A program made the position numbers and the translations under genes. Shown here one piece after another: positions 1 through 27,889 of a DNA stretch of 64,000 nucleotides. Every line of letters begins with the position of its first letter. Position 1 is the stretch's first letter. The DNA comes from the human T2T-CHM13v2.0 reference genome, Homo sapiens: assembly GCF_009914755.1 (NCBI RefSeq), contig NC_060932.1; one strand, written 5' to 3'. The notes below the pieces were generated by a model, which searched no databases, was not told where the DNA came from, and saw nothing but the letters and a program-made list of their open reading frames with translations.

Positions 1-4098
<4,098 letters not shown>

Positions 4099-4774
4099 TC
4101 AGATGGTGGCACCATATCCAGGCTGCTGACAAGTCATCATCACTCAGCAGCAGCACTCACTAGATCAGCCTAAGTGAGAGAGAGAATATGTCTTGGCAGG
4201 TAGTCACACATCTCTTCCACAGCTACTCCATTAATGAGCCCGTTGCACAAGCACTTGAGTGGCAAGAAAAAAATTCTCGAATATCTCCTGGCTGGCCTGT
4301 CTTAACCACTTCCGTTTTTCAAAAGTCTTCTGCAATGAATGCACTCTAGTGAGCAATAATAACTTGAAACACAAAGCTTGTCACACTTGAAGCCCACTCC
4401 CATAGGTCTATCCACATGATTCTTCCCTAGAACTTCTTGTCTCTGATTTTCCAACCTTGCTCCTTTCAGAGCCCTAGCCAACAAGTCAAGCTATTTGCCA
4501 CTGCCCATGAATTTATATATATGCTTACCTCAGGCCACTTTTATCCCTTCCCAAAGTGGATGGCCAGGTATACTGGCCAAAACTCTGCCCTTGGAAGATT
4601 TTCCCTTACCACCATCTTTCAAACCACTCCTCCCCCAAATAGGCCTCGAATGCAGGTGAAGTCCATTTAGGGCTCACATCAACATACTGAGTTGACCCAT
4701 TTATGACCCAAGCCTGTAGGTTTTCCTCTTCCATCAACTGGGCACAGGGAAGTCCCCCAAGATGCCATAGGTAG

Positions 4775-5297
<523 letters not shown>

Positions 5298-5304
5298 GCT
5301 GCTT

Positions 5305-5598
<294 letters not shown>

Positions 5599-5685
5599 CA
5601 GCGAGATTTGCATTTTGAATGGTATATATTGTCAGCTGCAGATGGCATGGAATCCTATGCAAGTGGATCCAGAATCCCAGGAGTC

Positions 5686-6161
5686 TGTTATGGGCTGAAT
5701 TGTATCCCCCCAAAAATGTACATGTTGAAGTCCTAACTCCCAGTACCTCAGAATGTGGATTTTTTTTTTTTTTGAACTAGAATTATTGCAGAAGTAATTA
5801 GTTAAGATAAGGTGATACTGGAGTGGACCTACCCAATATGACTTGTATCCTTCTATGAAGGGGAAATTTGGAAACACACACACGCACACAGAGAGGCGGA
5901 TAGACAGAGAGAGAGAGAATGCCACGTGAAGATGAAGACAGAGATCAAGGCGAGGCTTCTACATGCCAAGAAACACCAAAGACTGCTGGTAGCCATGAGG
6001 AGCTGGAGGAGAGGCCTGGAGCAGATCCTCCCTGCACAGCCCTTAGAAGGAAGCAACCCACCAACATCTTGATTGTGGTCTTCTAGCCTCCAGAACTGAG
6101 AAACAGTAAGATCTTATTGCGCGAGTCCCCCACTTATGGTACCTCCTGGCAAACTAATACA
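5686..6161 (+). mobile_element. MaLR solo LTR (MLT1C/MLT1B-like)
   Basis: Starts TGTTATGGGCTGAATTGTATCCCC and ends AAACTAATACA (TG...CA). Near-identical 5-bp flanks GAGTC/AAGTC. Confidence 0.88.
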
Positions 6162-6454
6162 AAGTCAATGTGTGATTCTACTGCTGGTGCTTGTCAGAGA
6201 CTCCACAGGCAGCTTTTTCAATCACAGATATCTCTAGTATCAAGGAATCTTAAAAAATGTAAGACAGATTGCCAGGGAATTGCTTCTAATTTAAATGCTA
6301 GTTTTTTATAATGTTGTTTTCAGTTACCTGAGTAATTACAATTTTAAAAATGTAAACGCACCCTTTCCCCTTATCTTTTCTACAGCACTTAATGTGTGTG
6401 CCTCTTCCTTCATTTATTCCACAGGTGCTTATTGACCACCTCCTATGACCCCAG

Positions 6455-7152
6455 TAAGAGGTGAAGCCTGCTGGGCTTCTGGGACGGGTGGGGACTTGGG
6501 GAACTTTTCTGTCTAGCTAAAGGATTGTAAATGCACCAATCAGCGCTCTCTGTCTAGCCAAAGGTTTGTAAACGCACCAATCAGTGCTCTGTGTCTAGCT
6601 AAAGGTGTGTAAACACACCAATCAACACTCTGTAAAAACAGACCAATCAGCACTCTGTAAAATGGACCAATTAGCACTCTGTAAAATGGACCAATCAGCA
6701 GGATGTGGGTGGGGCCAAATAAGGGGATAAAAGCTGGCCACCGGAGCCAGCAGTGGCAATGCAGTGGGGTTGCCTTCCACACTGTGGAAGTGTTGTTCTT
6801 TTGCTCTTTGGATCAGCACTGTCTTTATGAGCTGTAACACACCACAGAGGTCTGCAGCTTTACTCCTGAAGTCAGCGAGACCAAGAACCCACTGGGAGGA
6901 ATGAAGAACTCTGGACACACCACCTTTAAGAGCTGTAATACTCACTGCAAAGGTCTGCGTCTTCACTCCTAAAGTCAGCAAGACCACCAACCTACCAGAA
7001 GGAAGAAACTCCAGACACATCTGAACATCTGAAGAAACAAACTCCAAACACACCATCTTTAAGAACTGTAACACTAATTGTGAGGTTCCGTGGCTTCATT
7101 CTTGAAGTCAGTAAGACCAAGAACCCACTGGAAGGAACCAATTCTGGACACA
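6455..7152 (+). mobile_element. LTR12 (ERV9) solo LTR
   Basis: GAGGTGAAGCC start; tandem CTAGCTAAAGG...CACCAATCAG repeats with six CCAAT boxes (6536, 6577, 6618, 6643, 6667, 6691); TATA-like GATAAAA; repeated U5-type units; ends GGACACA. 4-bp TSD CCAG at 6451-6454 and 7153-7156. Confidence 0.93.
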
Positions 7153-9455
7153 CCAGCATGGTGTATGGAAGGATATGCAAACACAGCAGTGAACCAAATA
7201 GACAGGGTCCCTTCCTCAGGAGACAGAGAATACACCATCATCAACCAGGTTGCTCAGAAGAATTTTCTGTGGACGAAAGCAATTGTTCTTCAACACTCGT
7301 AGTCTCATTTAAAGCTAAATTGCCTCCAATTCTTTCTGGAAGCAAAGCAATAAACACAGAGAGTGACCATTGTGGGAAAATGCTCATAGTATACTGTTAA
7401 ACTGGAAAAAAAAAAAGTACGGCACCAAATTATAGGTGGTATGATCTCAGATGTGTTAAAAATTCACTGTTCAGGGCCCATATTCAAACTGGGACACACT
7501 GGCAGATCTATGCTTATTGCTAAAATACTGGAATATTCCTGGGTCACTTGAAGATGCTGCTGTCTTGAACCATCTTAGGATTTGCCGCCCCACCCATCTC
7601 TACCTTTCTTCTGGTTTCCACCTGGCTTCCCAGGCATCCAGCGACTGAAGGATTAACATGGGGCCCAGCAGGGGCCTGCAGGGTTCAGCTCCACACACAG
7701 CTGAGGTCTGTTCTCATTGTTTTGCTGCCTGTGCCATATTTGAGTTCATTCCCTAAGAACTCTACTATCTTGGATTCTTCAGTCAGCCACAAAGTTGCAT
7801 TTTTATTACTCAAAAACATTGCCAAGGCATAAAACTAAGATAAATCATTATTTTTCTTGCAAATAATTGGGGCTCTTTGGTTTTTCATTCCCTCTGCTTT
7901 CCCATCCTCTTCCAGTCATTCACTTAGTTCAAATACTCATGATGTTTAGAAATATTTCATGTTTGTGAGTGCAAGCATACTAATTATTCTATCCTGTCAA
8001 ATAATCTCATTGCAGAACGTAAAAAGCGTTTTAAAAATTTTTTTCCATTAAAGACAAGGGTATTTGGCAATTATTATTCAAGAAAAAAGTCACCTTAGCT
8101 TCTAATATCAATAGAACTGTATTTTCAATCGAAAAAGCTTCCTGTTAATGAATGATAGTCAATTTTCTACACCAACTTTTAAATTTTTTTGGTTTTATAG
8201 AAATACCATAAAGGAAAATGTACCTGAATGATCTGTGCTTCATCTTTGAAATTCATGAACTCCTAGGAAACCCAGATCCACAGCTGCCCTAAATGTTTAC
8301 CCTGTGCTGGGAGAAGGGAAGATTCGCAGGTAACTTCAGACTCCAGGGCGCCAGGATTTTCTTTCTGAAGTGCGGCCCTTTCATCTGACTTGTTTGCTGG
8401 GACTTTTCAGAGAGGTTCGCGTCCTGATTCCTGTCCAAGTGTTGTCAGGCTGTTAGGAAGAAATCTCTGAAAAGGCCTCTGCCTGCTGAGCCGAAGTGTG
8501 GGCTTCACAAAAGTCAATACTTTCAACTTTTCCTTTGCCCTGGGTGTGTTTAAAGGGGCTTTCCAGTACAGATCCCTTTTATTGCAGGTGAGGGTTGGTA
8601 GAGAAATAATAGCTTTCATCTTTTATCCTTCTGCGAAGAATAAAAATGAAGAAACAGGGATGCCCTCTTTTAGGCTTTACGAGATCCTTTTTTTAGATGG
8701 AATTATCTGATTAAAAATCTTGAATAGAAATGCTATGACAAAAAAATACTAGACCATATTAGTGCAAACATCAGGTCTCCTTGAGCTCATTAATTTTAAT
8801 TCACTTTGTTCTTAATAATGAGAGTTTTAGCCCCTAGGGTTTCGTGATGGGTAGTCCTGGTCCTATGAAGAGGGAGTGAGTCAAGTGATAAGAGGTTCAT
8901 TACCATGTGGAGCCTAAGACGGCTCCTGGTGCATAGAAGATGCTCGATAAATATCTATGGAAGGAATAGCAAATGAGAAATGAACAGATCAGGCCTGATG
9001 GCAAGAGGCCCGAGTTCTAGAATGGAAACTAATTTAAGTGGCTCTCTTTCTGAGTTGCTAGCCTGATTTCTTGAATCTGTGAAACAAATAGATTGGATTT
9101 GATGATAGCACCCTTTAAATTTAGTATTTTCTTGTGTCAGGGACAGGTCTTTTTCAATATGCTATTGCTTAGTCAAGTCTTAAAGATTTCATTTTTTTAA
9201 CAAAGCTTTTTGCAACCGCTCTAAAACTGCCTTAAAACAGCACTAAATCAAAGAATCTTTACACTTGAGGCTATATTCTGGACAGAGTAAATAGCTTTCC
9301 AAAGTTTATATATGGAATACCTTTCTTTTAATATAGTATTTGATAACAGTATTTTCCTAGACATCAGAATTTCTATACTAAATTCTTCCTACCATTAACA
9401 GAGATGATTTTTAAATGGGATAGCAAACTGCCTTTCTATTGATAGGGTGAGATGT

Positions 9456-10118
<663 letters not shown>

Positions 10119-10733
10119 GCTATATTCAATGGTTAAGTTTGATTTCTGGGTTGCATATTCTTGGACTCCTTATTTTCTGTTGCCATGTGCATAAGCAAAC
10201 ATAGTCTAGTTGGTTACAACGGTGCTGGACACGTGAGGCTGTGACTCAACAGTCACCAGTATTTGCCTTCCACTCTGAGAGGTGAGGACCATTAGGGCTA
10301 ATAATGTGGCCCAGTCAGCTATTTTCCTGCCATAATTGTATTTCCTTCTTATTTTAAAAGAATTTCAGACTTATAGCAAAAGCACAAGAATAGTACAAAA
10401 TGTACAAAACAGTACAAAAATGAATTCCCATAAGCCATTCACCCAGATCCAAATGTCACCATTGCTTCTTCATTATCATATTGCATATATGAATGTATGT
10501 CCGTGTGCATATATTTTTCCTTAAAATATTTGGGAGGAAGTTATAAGCATGATGTCACCTACCCCTAAATACCTCAGTGTGTATTATCCTAAAATGAGGC
10601 ATTCTGGTAAGTAACCACACTATAATGATCAAAATCAGAGAACTGACGTTTATAAAACACTACTATTGAACATACAGACATTTTCCACATTTTGCTAATT
10701 GTCTCATTACTATTCCTCCTAGAAAATACTTTT

Positions 10734-11025
<292 letters not shown>

Positions 11026-11790
11026 AAAATACTTTTAATTTTTTGTTCTGTTTCATGATTGAGTCCAGAATCACACATTGCACTTAGTTGCTACGTCTCT
11101 TTAGTTTCCCTTAAGCTGCCACAGTTTCTCATATTTCTTTGTCTTTCATGACCTTGACGTTTTTGAAGGATACAGGCCAGTTATTTTGTAGAAAGCCCTT
11201 CTGTTTGGATTTGTGTGATGATTTCTCGGAATTCCATTTGGGTTCTGCATTCTTGGCAGGAACCCCCTGGAAGTAGAAGTGATGTGTGCTTCTCAGTGCT
11301 TCATATCATGAGGCAGCTGGTGACTCTTTGTCCCTTTACTGGTGATGTTTGGTTCCTTTGAAAGGTGGTGTCTGCTATGTTTCCCCATTGTGAAGTGACT
11401 GAGGCTTTTCTTCATAATTGATATAAATAATTGATTATACATTCTGTCTTTAATCTGTTTCCCTCCTGGCAGTTTACTATAGGCAATCAGGAGAAGCCAT
11501 GCTGCACTTTGCTTAAAGATTTCTTCTGTCAAATACCCTCTTTCATTACTTGTTAAGTTCCTCCTTTCACAAAACATTAGGACCCAACACAATTCAGCTG
11601 AGTTCTTTGCCACTTTATAACAAGGATGGCCTTTCCTCCTGTTTCTAATAACATGCCCCTCATTTCTGATACCTCATCAGAATTGCCTTTATTGACCATA
11701 TTTCTACCAACATTCTGAGTATAACCACTTAAGTAATGTCTTAGAAGATTGAGGCTTTTTCTACAGTTCTCTTCTTCTGAGCCCTTATGA

Positions 11791-12092
<302 letters not shown>

Positions 12093-12824
12093 TTATGAGA
12101 ATCGCCTTCTATGACCCAACAATAGCAATACAAGCTTTTTCTAATGTGCACCTCAGTGTTCTTCCTGCTTCTGCTAATTATACAATTCCAAAGCCACTTC
12201 TACATTTTCAGGTATTGTTTTACAGCAGCACCCCACTTCTTGCTATCAATTTCCATCTAAGTCCATACAAGCTGCTAAAACAAAATATGTTAGTTTGATA
12301 AATTTATAAACAACAGACATTATTTCTCACAACTGTAGAGGCTAGGAAGTCCAACAGCAAAGCACCAGCAGATTCAGTGTCTGGTGAAGGCCTGTTCTTC
12401 ACAGATGGTGCCTTCTATGTGACCTTATAAGGGAAAAGGGTCAAGTCTGTGTCCTCACATGGCAGAAGGGACAAGGACTGCTTCTCTCAACTTCTTGTTA
12501 AGGGCAAAAATCACATTCATTAGGACAGAGCCCTCATTACTTAATCACTTCCCACCTCTTACTACTACTGAGACCCTACCTCTTAATACTATTGCACTGG
12601 TGGTTAGGTTTCAACATCTGAATTTGTGGGGGACACCAACATGCAGACTACAGCAGTTGGTCTAGTAAGAATCTGCCTACCCTTGCTGTCTCTTTTTTGT
12701 AATTTTCCATCCAATGACCTCTCACTCTGTTCAATGGCCAGAAATCCCCAGTTGTCTTTGCTGAATTCAGAGTTGAGCCCAATCTCTCTTCCCTATCTCA
12801 ACAGTCTTTAATAAAGTCTTCCTT

Positions 12825-16541
<3,717 letters not shown>

Positions 16542-16569
16542 TAAATTAAAAAAAAAAAAAGTATTTACT

Positions 16570-19850
<3,281 letters not shown>

Positions 19851-20275
19851 TGTGTGGACCATTCAGGCCCTAAAAGTTGGTATAAAGATTATTTTACTGT
19901 GAAAATATTTGACCTAAGAAAGACGCATCAAGAAATTTTATTTGAACTTCCCTTATTTCACTAAAGCAGAGCCCCCAGAAAATACAGCGGCCATTGGCCT
20001 CCCTCTGAGGAAGTTTCCTGTAAATTCCACTACTGTAGAGACAGATTGCCCATTCTCATAAGCATCCAAAAGCCCAAAAGAACCTTCCACAACTTCCTAC
20101 TGAAACTCCAAAATCTCCCAACACATTTTGTTAAGTGGATCTATAAACCTTTATTTCTATTTAGTGAGTTACTCTAAACCTTGTCTTTTCTCCTGTTAAC
20201 CTATTGTTATCAGTTAATTTGCAGGTCTTCAAACACAGGACCGACATTGAACGAGGAAAAGCTTTCCTTCCAACA
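19851..20275 (+). mobile_element. MER34-like LTR
   Basis: Follows a purine-rich tract; contains TTGGTATAAAGATTATTTT and ends CTTTCCTTCCAACA. Confidence 0.5.
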
Positions 20276-20441
20276 TAGACAATACGACTACCTGTAGAAC
20301 ATCATTTTGAATGTACAAAAAATTATTAAGCAGATTTAGCAAGTTTTCAGGACATGAGATCAATTGCAGATATCAACTATATTTCCATATATTAGCAACA
20401 ATCAGAAACAAATGAAAAAATCACCATTTACGATATTATCA

Positions 20442-21115
<674 letters not shown>

Positions 21116-21617
21116 AGAGAAATTTTAAAAGACCTAAATGTTAATGGGTCAGAAGATTCAATATGGTTAAAATGTCAATTCTCCCCAAATTCATCTGTAG
21201 AGTCAACACAATCTCAATCAAAATCCCAGCAGTATTTTTTTGTGCAAAATGAGAAGTCGACTCTAAGATTTAAAATGAAATCTGAAGAATCTAGAAGATA
21301 CAAAATAACCTTGAAAAATAAAGTTGTAGGACATAAACTATCTGATTTCATCACTTATTTATAAGGTACAATAATCAAAACAGCATGGTGCTGGCAGCAA
21401 AAAGACAAATAGCTCAATGGAACACAATAGGAAGCCTAAAATGAAACATATACATATGCAACACAGATTTTGATGTAAGCACAAAGGAAATGCAGTAGAG
21501 ACAAAAATAACTTTTTAATAAATGATGCTGGAACATTTGGATATGTATACATGCAAAAAAATGAACTTTGGTCCCTATCCCATACCGTATACAAAAATTA
21601 ATTAAAAGCAGATCTTA

Positions 21618-21764
<147 letters not shown>

Positions 21765-22569
21765 CTAGAAGAAATCCTAGGAGAAAATATTTGTGATCGT
21801 GGAGATGAAGAATCTATCAAATACTAAACTTTTTTTACCACCTTGACCAAAAGTAATTGGTTTATATACTTCATCATATCATTTAATTCTAAATCTACAG
21901 AGATCAATGTCACTTTCTCAGTAAAAGTACGTGAGTCTTCAATGATGCCCTGAACTCACACTCCCAAGTAAACCATAACACCATATTTCCAGAGTAGAGT
22001 TTATTAGAACAATAACTGGTGATAATGATAAATATTGATCAAAGACTGAGCCTAGGAAGTGGGTTTTTTGAGGCTGCATATACTCAAGGCAATTCTTCAG
22101 AACCACAGAGGGCTCATTGGATCCTATTAAAAGCTGAGAGTTAATGAATAAACAGATAAAACAGAGACCTGAGTAGACGGTAGTCGATATTCTTGTACAT
22201 GTATTCTACCTCTAGATTCCATAGAAAGAACTAAAAGTACATGAATTTCACTACCAACATCTCCATCAGTTACCAGCTGTATCACCTTGGATCAGTCAGG
22301 TAACCTCCCGCGAATCTGGTTGCTTCCGGGGCAGGGGATCCGCGGGCTGCAGGTTTGAGCCTGGGAGCCGGCAGGGTGGAGCAGTTGGAGGGCCAAGCCT
22401 TTGAGCTCCAGGGGGGGTGGCCGGGACAGTGGGTAGTGCCAGCCGATCGGCGTCCTGGGGATTGCCTGAATGTGAGGTCTGGGTTCACCCCGCGGTGACC
22501 TGAGTCCTGGGATGCCCCTACAGTGATTTGCTGCCTCAGGGATCCGAAGTCTCTTTCATTCCCTTACTG

Positions 22570-22737
22570 GGGATTTGAGGTCTGGAGGTACTCCTGCGGG
22601 GGTCTGAGATCTCGGGGTCACCCTGTGGGGGTCTGAAGCCTCGGGGTCCCCGCGTGGGGTCTGAGGTATCAGAGTCCCCTCCGTTGGGTCTGAGGTCTCG
22701 GGGTCCCCCATCCCCGGGATCGGAGGTCCGGCTCCCC
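22570..22737 (+). repeat. Degenerate ~29-bp G-rich minisatellite
   Basis: GTCTGA recurs at 22602, 22631, 22659 and 22688; consensus ~GTCTGAGGTCTCGGGGTCCCCNNGTGGG. Confidence 0.8.
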
Positions 22738-23247
22738 GGAGCAGGCAGGGCGGTGCGTCTGGCCCTGAACAGTAACGTGGCGCGCCAGCCCCAGGTGGTG
22801 TCGGGCTAGGGGGGCATAACGGTGCCGAAAGTCCGCACAAAGCCGTCCGCTGGGGTCCCGCCGCGCCCGCGAGGCAATGACTGTGCCCCCTCCCCTTCGT
22901 GATCCTCAGCTCAGGTGAGCCCAGATGAGGCGCCGGGTAGCTTCTAAGTCACTAATGGAAATAGAAGGCTAATTCAGGGGTTAGGGGCCGTCGTCCTTCT
23001 TACTCGCAGGAGAAGAGAAAAACCCACGGCCCAGCAGCCAGAGGCGCGGCGAGGCGGAATCGGGCCCCCTCCCCGGGGGCTCAGCTCCCTCCAGCCTCCC
23101 GCCTCACCTACAGAGAAATCCCGGAAACGCGGATTCAGCGGAGCGCGGTGACGGCGGCGCGCTCACCCCGCGCATGCCCAGTGCCCGCCCGCGCCGCCAG
23201 GCTCGCAAGCACCGCGTAGGCCAGCTGGCCGGATCCCGCCGTCTGTC

Positions 23248-23269
23248 ATGGCGGCCCCCATCCTGAAAG
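23248..23269 (+). CDS. MCPH1: MCPH1 coding exon 1 (c.1-22, MAAPILK)
   Basis: GTCATGG Kozak context; donor AG|GTGAGG at 23270. Confidence 0.97.
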
Positions 23270-23369
23270 GTGAGGTACTTCCTGCTGCCTGCTCCAGCAG
23301 CGGGAGTTTGAGGACCGGCACCCGTCGTCGCGGGCGCACTCGGGGGATCCCGTGGGAGGAGCCCCGCTC

Positions 23370-23640
23370 GCCCCTCCCTCGCTGCCTGTCTCCCCCAGAC
23401 CCCCTGCCGCCTCCTTCCTCCCCCGCTGCCTGTCCCCCCAAAACCCCCGGCTGCCTGCTTCGTCTCCCGTGCTCCCTGTCCCCCCAAACCCCCGACTGCC
23501 TGCTTCCTCCCCCGTACTGCTTGTGCCCCAACCCCCGTGCTGCTAGTTCCCCTCAATCCCCCGCTGCCTGCTCCCTCCCCCATGCTGCCTGTCCCCCAAA
23601 TCCCGCCTTTCCCCCTACCTGCTTTCACCCCTGCTGCCTT
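23370..23640 (+). repeat. C-rich degenerate minisatellite in intron 1 (~45-bp dimeric unit)
   Basis: Alternating GCTGCCTGTCCCCCCAAACCCC and CGNCTGCCTGCTTCCTCCCC subunits, about 5-6 times. Confidence 0.85.
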
Positions 23641-24318
23641 AGTCCCTGGATCTGGGGCTCACTGGCAGGCAGAGTCCTGCCCTCCGGAAGTTGGTGTGGG
23701 GCCCTCCTGGGTCTGGTCCTGTTCGACCCCCTCTGAGGCCCACCTGGAGGAGCGGCAGTTGAGTTTCTATGCTAATTGTTCCAATAATAGGAGCCGCCTT
23801 TTACTGCGGAGTCTTTGTGTGCCAGGCGCTGTGCTTAGGCTAGTATGGTATTGTCTGATTTTTTTAACCGCTCTATCAACTCTCTTATATCATTGTACAG
23901 GCAGAAACTAAGGCATTGGACGTTTAGGTGACTCTCCCTGTGTGTGGCTAGTCAGTGCTGACAGGGCCTTAGACCGGAGCTGCTGTCCTAACCAGTATAT
24001 GATACCGCACGCAGTCCCACCCTCTGTGCACCTGGAAGAGCCCAGGAGAGGGGAATAGCGGACACGTGTCTTGTAGAGTTTGACCGTGAGAAAAAAGGGG
24101 CCTGTATTGTGGGGCCTGCAGTCATAAAACCTCATAGCCAAAAGTAAAGACTAGAGGCTTTATACAAAGTCTGTAATCAGATGTGGCTATTTTTCTAATG
24201 TTAGTATTTTGTTAAATTAACCTGGTTTTCTTTTAGCGTTACCCCCAATCATTGACCAACGGCACACCTGGAAAATGCTTTTAAACATCAGGTTTTGAGA
24301 AGAGGATATCCACTAGAA

Positions 24319-24630
24319 CAGGGGTCCACTCACTATGCCCCCCAGGCCATATCTAGCCTGCTGCCTGTTTTTGTAAGGGTCTACGAGCTAAGAATGTCTT
24401 TTACATTTTTAAGTGATTTTAAAAAAAGGTCAAATGAAAAATTATATCACATTCACATTTCCTTCTCCATAAATAAAGTTTTATTGGAACACAGGCCGGC
24501 CCGTTAATATATTACCTATGGTTATGTTTGTGCCACAACCGTGAAGTTGAGTAGTTGTGGCAAATACTGTATTGGCCACAAAGCCTGAAATATTTACCAT
24601 CTGTCTCTTTACAGAAAATAGGTTTCTGCA
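24319..24630 (+). mobile_element. MER58B-like hAT DNA transposon
   Basis: CAGGGG..., CCTGTTTTTGTA, AAATAAAGTTTTATTGGAACACAG, GCCTGAAATATTTAC...TTTACAGAAAA. Confidence 0.78.
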
Positions 24631-24774
24631 CTGGAAAAATTAAGCGTAAGAATTTGGGGAAAGCAACTAATTTTACAAATGTAAACTCTCATGTATTGTA
24701 TGGGTACAGTTGTTCTTTGCTTAAAATTTTAATAAATTCCACTGAAGCTATTTTGAAAAGGCTTTCAGTAGAAA

Positions 24775-25720
<946 letters not shown>

Positions 25721-25816
25721 CCTCGGTTTACTCTTAAATGTAAATAGAACAAAATCTATTGGGCAGGGGATGCTGGAATTTCAAATGTATGTTTCATGTT
25801 CATATCTTGTTTTCAG

Positions 25817-25908
25817 ATGTAGTGGCCTATGTTGAAGTGTGGTCATCCAATGGAACAGAAAATTATTCAAAGACATTTACAACACAGCTTGTGGATATGG
25901 GGGCAAAG
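25817..25908 (+). CDS. MCPH1: MCPH1 exon 2 (c.23-114; BRCT1: [31 protein letters not shown])
   Basis: TTTTCAG| acceptor, AAG|GTAAGA donor, 92 nt, in frame with exon 1. Confidence 0.97.
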
Positions 25909-26513
25909 GTAAGACACTTATTTTGCTGTTGATTCATATGACAGTCTTCTGATTGGTAAAAAGTTACATTTGCATTTTCTTATTTTGGGAGTTTTTACTT
26001 AGAATCTGGACGAAGCAATGGGTAAGCGGTGGGAGAAAAAAGAGCCAAAGTGTGAAGAATTTAGAACAGTAGGACTTTCAGAACTCAATGCCTGTGGGCA
26101 TTGAGTGAGGAGGAGGAACCTAGGATGAAATGCTGGATTCTTACACTGGTTACTTGAATGCATAGTGCTATTAAGCAAAGTGAGGAATACAGGAAAAGGA
26201 ACAGGTTTCTAAGGGAAAAATTGTAAATTTGGGCATACTGAAAATATCTGTTAGATATTTGGATATACAAGTCTGGAGCTTGGAGTGTTCAAGGCTAGAG
26301 ATGATGATCTAGGGGGTCAGGACCATAGGGGTCATGTGAAGTCACAGGTGTGGACATCGTCCCATGTCAGGCATGGTTAGGATGAAGAGTGGTGACAGAG
26401 GAGCGTTGTTCAGTATTCAAGGACAGGCGATGGGAGCAGGGACCCAGTGACAGAGGGAGAGAAGAATGCCAGGAGAAGGAGAAAGGAAGTGTGGAAGTCA
26501 AAGTAGGGAGTAA

Positions 26514-26877
<364 letters not shown>

Positions 26878-27384
26878 CTACAGAAAGTTCAAGAAAAATA
26901 GGATGGGCAAATGTACTTTGGATTTGAACACTGTAAGGTCATTGCTGAACTTAGTGCAGTTTTCAGTGAAATGGGCAGGAATCATTGAGCTATGAGGAAA
27001 TGGAGATAGCAAACAATTTGCCTTATTCAAGGTTTCTTAGTATAGCCATCTCTGTTATCAGATTTACTATCACGTACTGCTTGTGTTCAGGTAGCCTCTA
27101 TTTGACTTAATAATGTCCTTGATACCAAATAGGTATCTTTTGCCCACGCACACTAAACCGATCACTTTGATGACGGGTTTTACAAAAGGGAAAAGATTCA
27201 TTCACAGGGAAGCCCAGCTAGGAGGCAGAAGAGTACTCACATCTTCATTCCCAAAGATAAGGCTTAGGGATATTTATCAGTTAGGGAAGTAGGGTGATCT
27301 AAGCTGTGGGGAAAAATGAAGTACATGATCTGCACAAGCATAGTTGGGATTCATGGAATGCATGTTTAGAAAACAGGCATTATT

Positions 27385-27691
<307 letters not shown>

Positions 27692-27889
27692 TCATTTCTT
27701 GGGCATTTACACAGGCCTGGTTGAAGAGTTGGTGGTTGCAGCCTGTTTGAACTGTACGGGTGCTGCCCCAAGTTCCTGAAAAGTAACTTAAGCAACTGTT
27801 ACCGTGGTGACATATCCACCAGAAGTTTTTATCTTATAAGGAAGCCAGTGAAGGTTATAGCATTTAGTAGTATGACTTGCAGCTATATA

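Larger units (their letters stand above)
22300..23420. promoter_or_regulatory. CpG island / MCPH1 promoter, probably bidirectional
   Basis: Sharp rise in GC and CpG density. ETS/GABP-type CCGGAA (23121), NRF1-like GCGCATGCCC (23170), YY1-like ATGGCGGC over the start codon, no obvious TATA box. Confidence 0.9.

Noticed and set aside
6500-7140. Repeat-spacer-like arrays resembling CRISPR
   Set aside because: They are the internal tandem repeats of an LTR12; the intervening sequence is not unique, there are no cas genes, and the DNA is human.
23104-23911. Overlapping 122-174 aa ORFs on both strands, including a 162-aa exon-1 read-through ORF
   Set aside because: Stop-codon scarcity in the GC-rich island and minisatellite explains them; products are low-complexity Pro/Gly-rich, and a strong donor lies at 23270.
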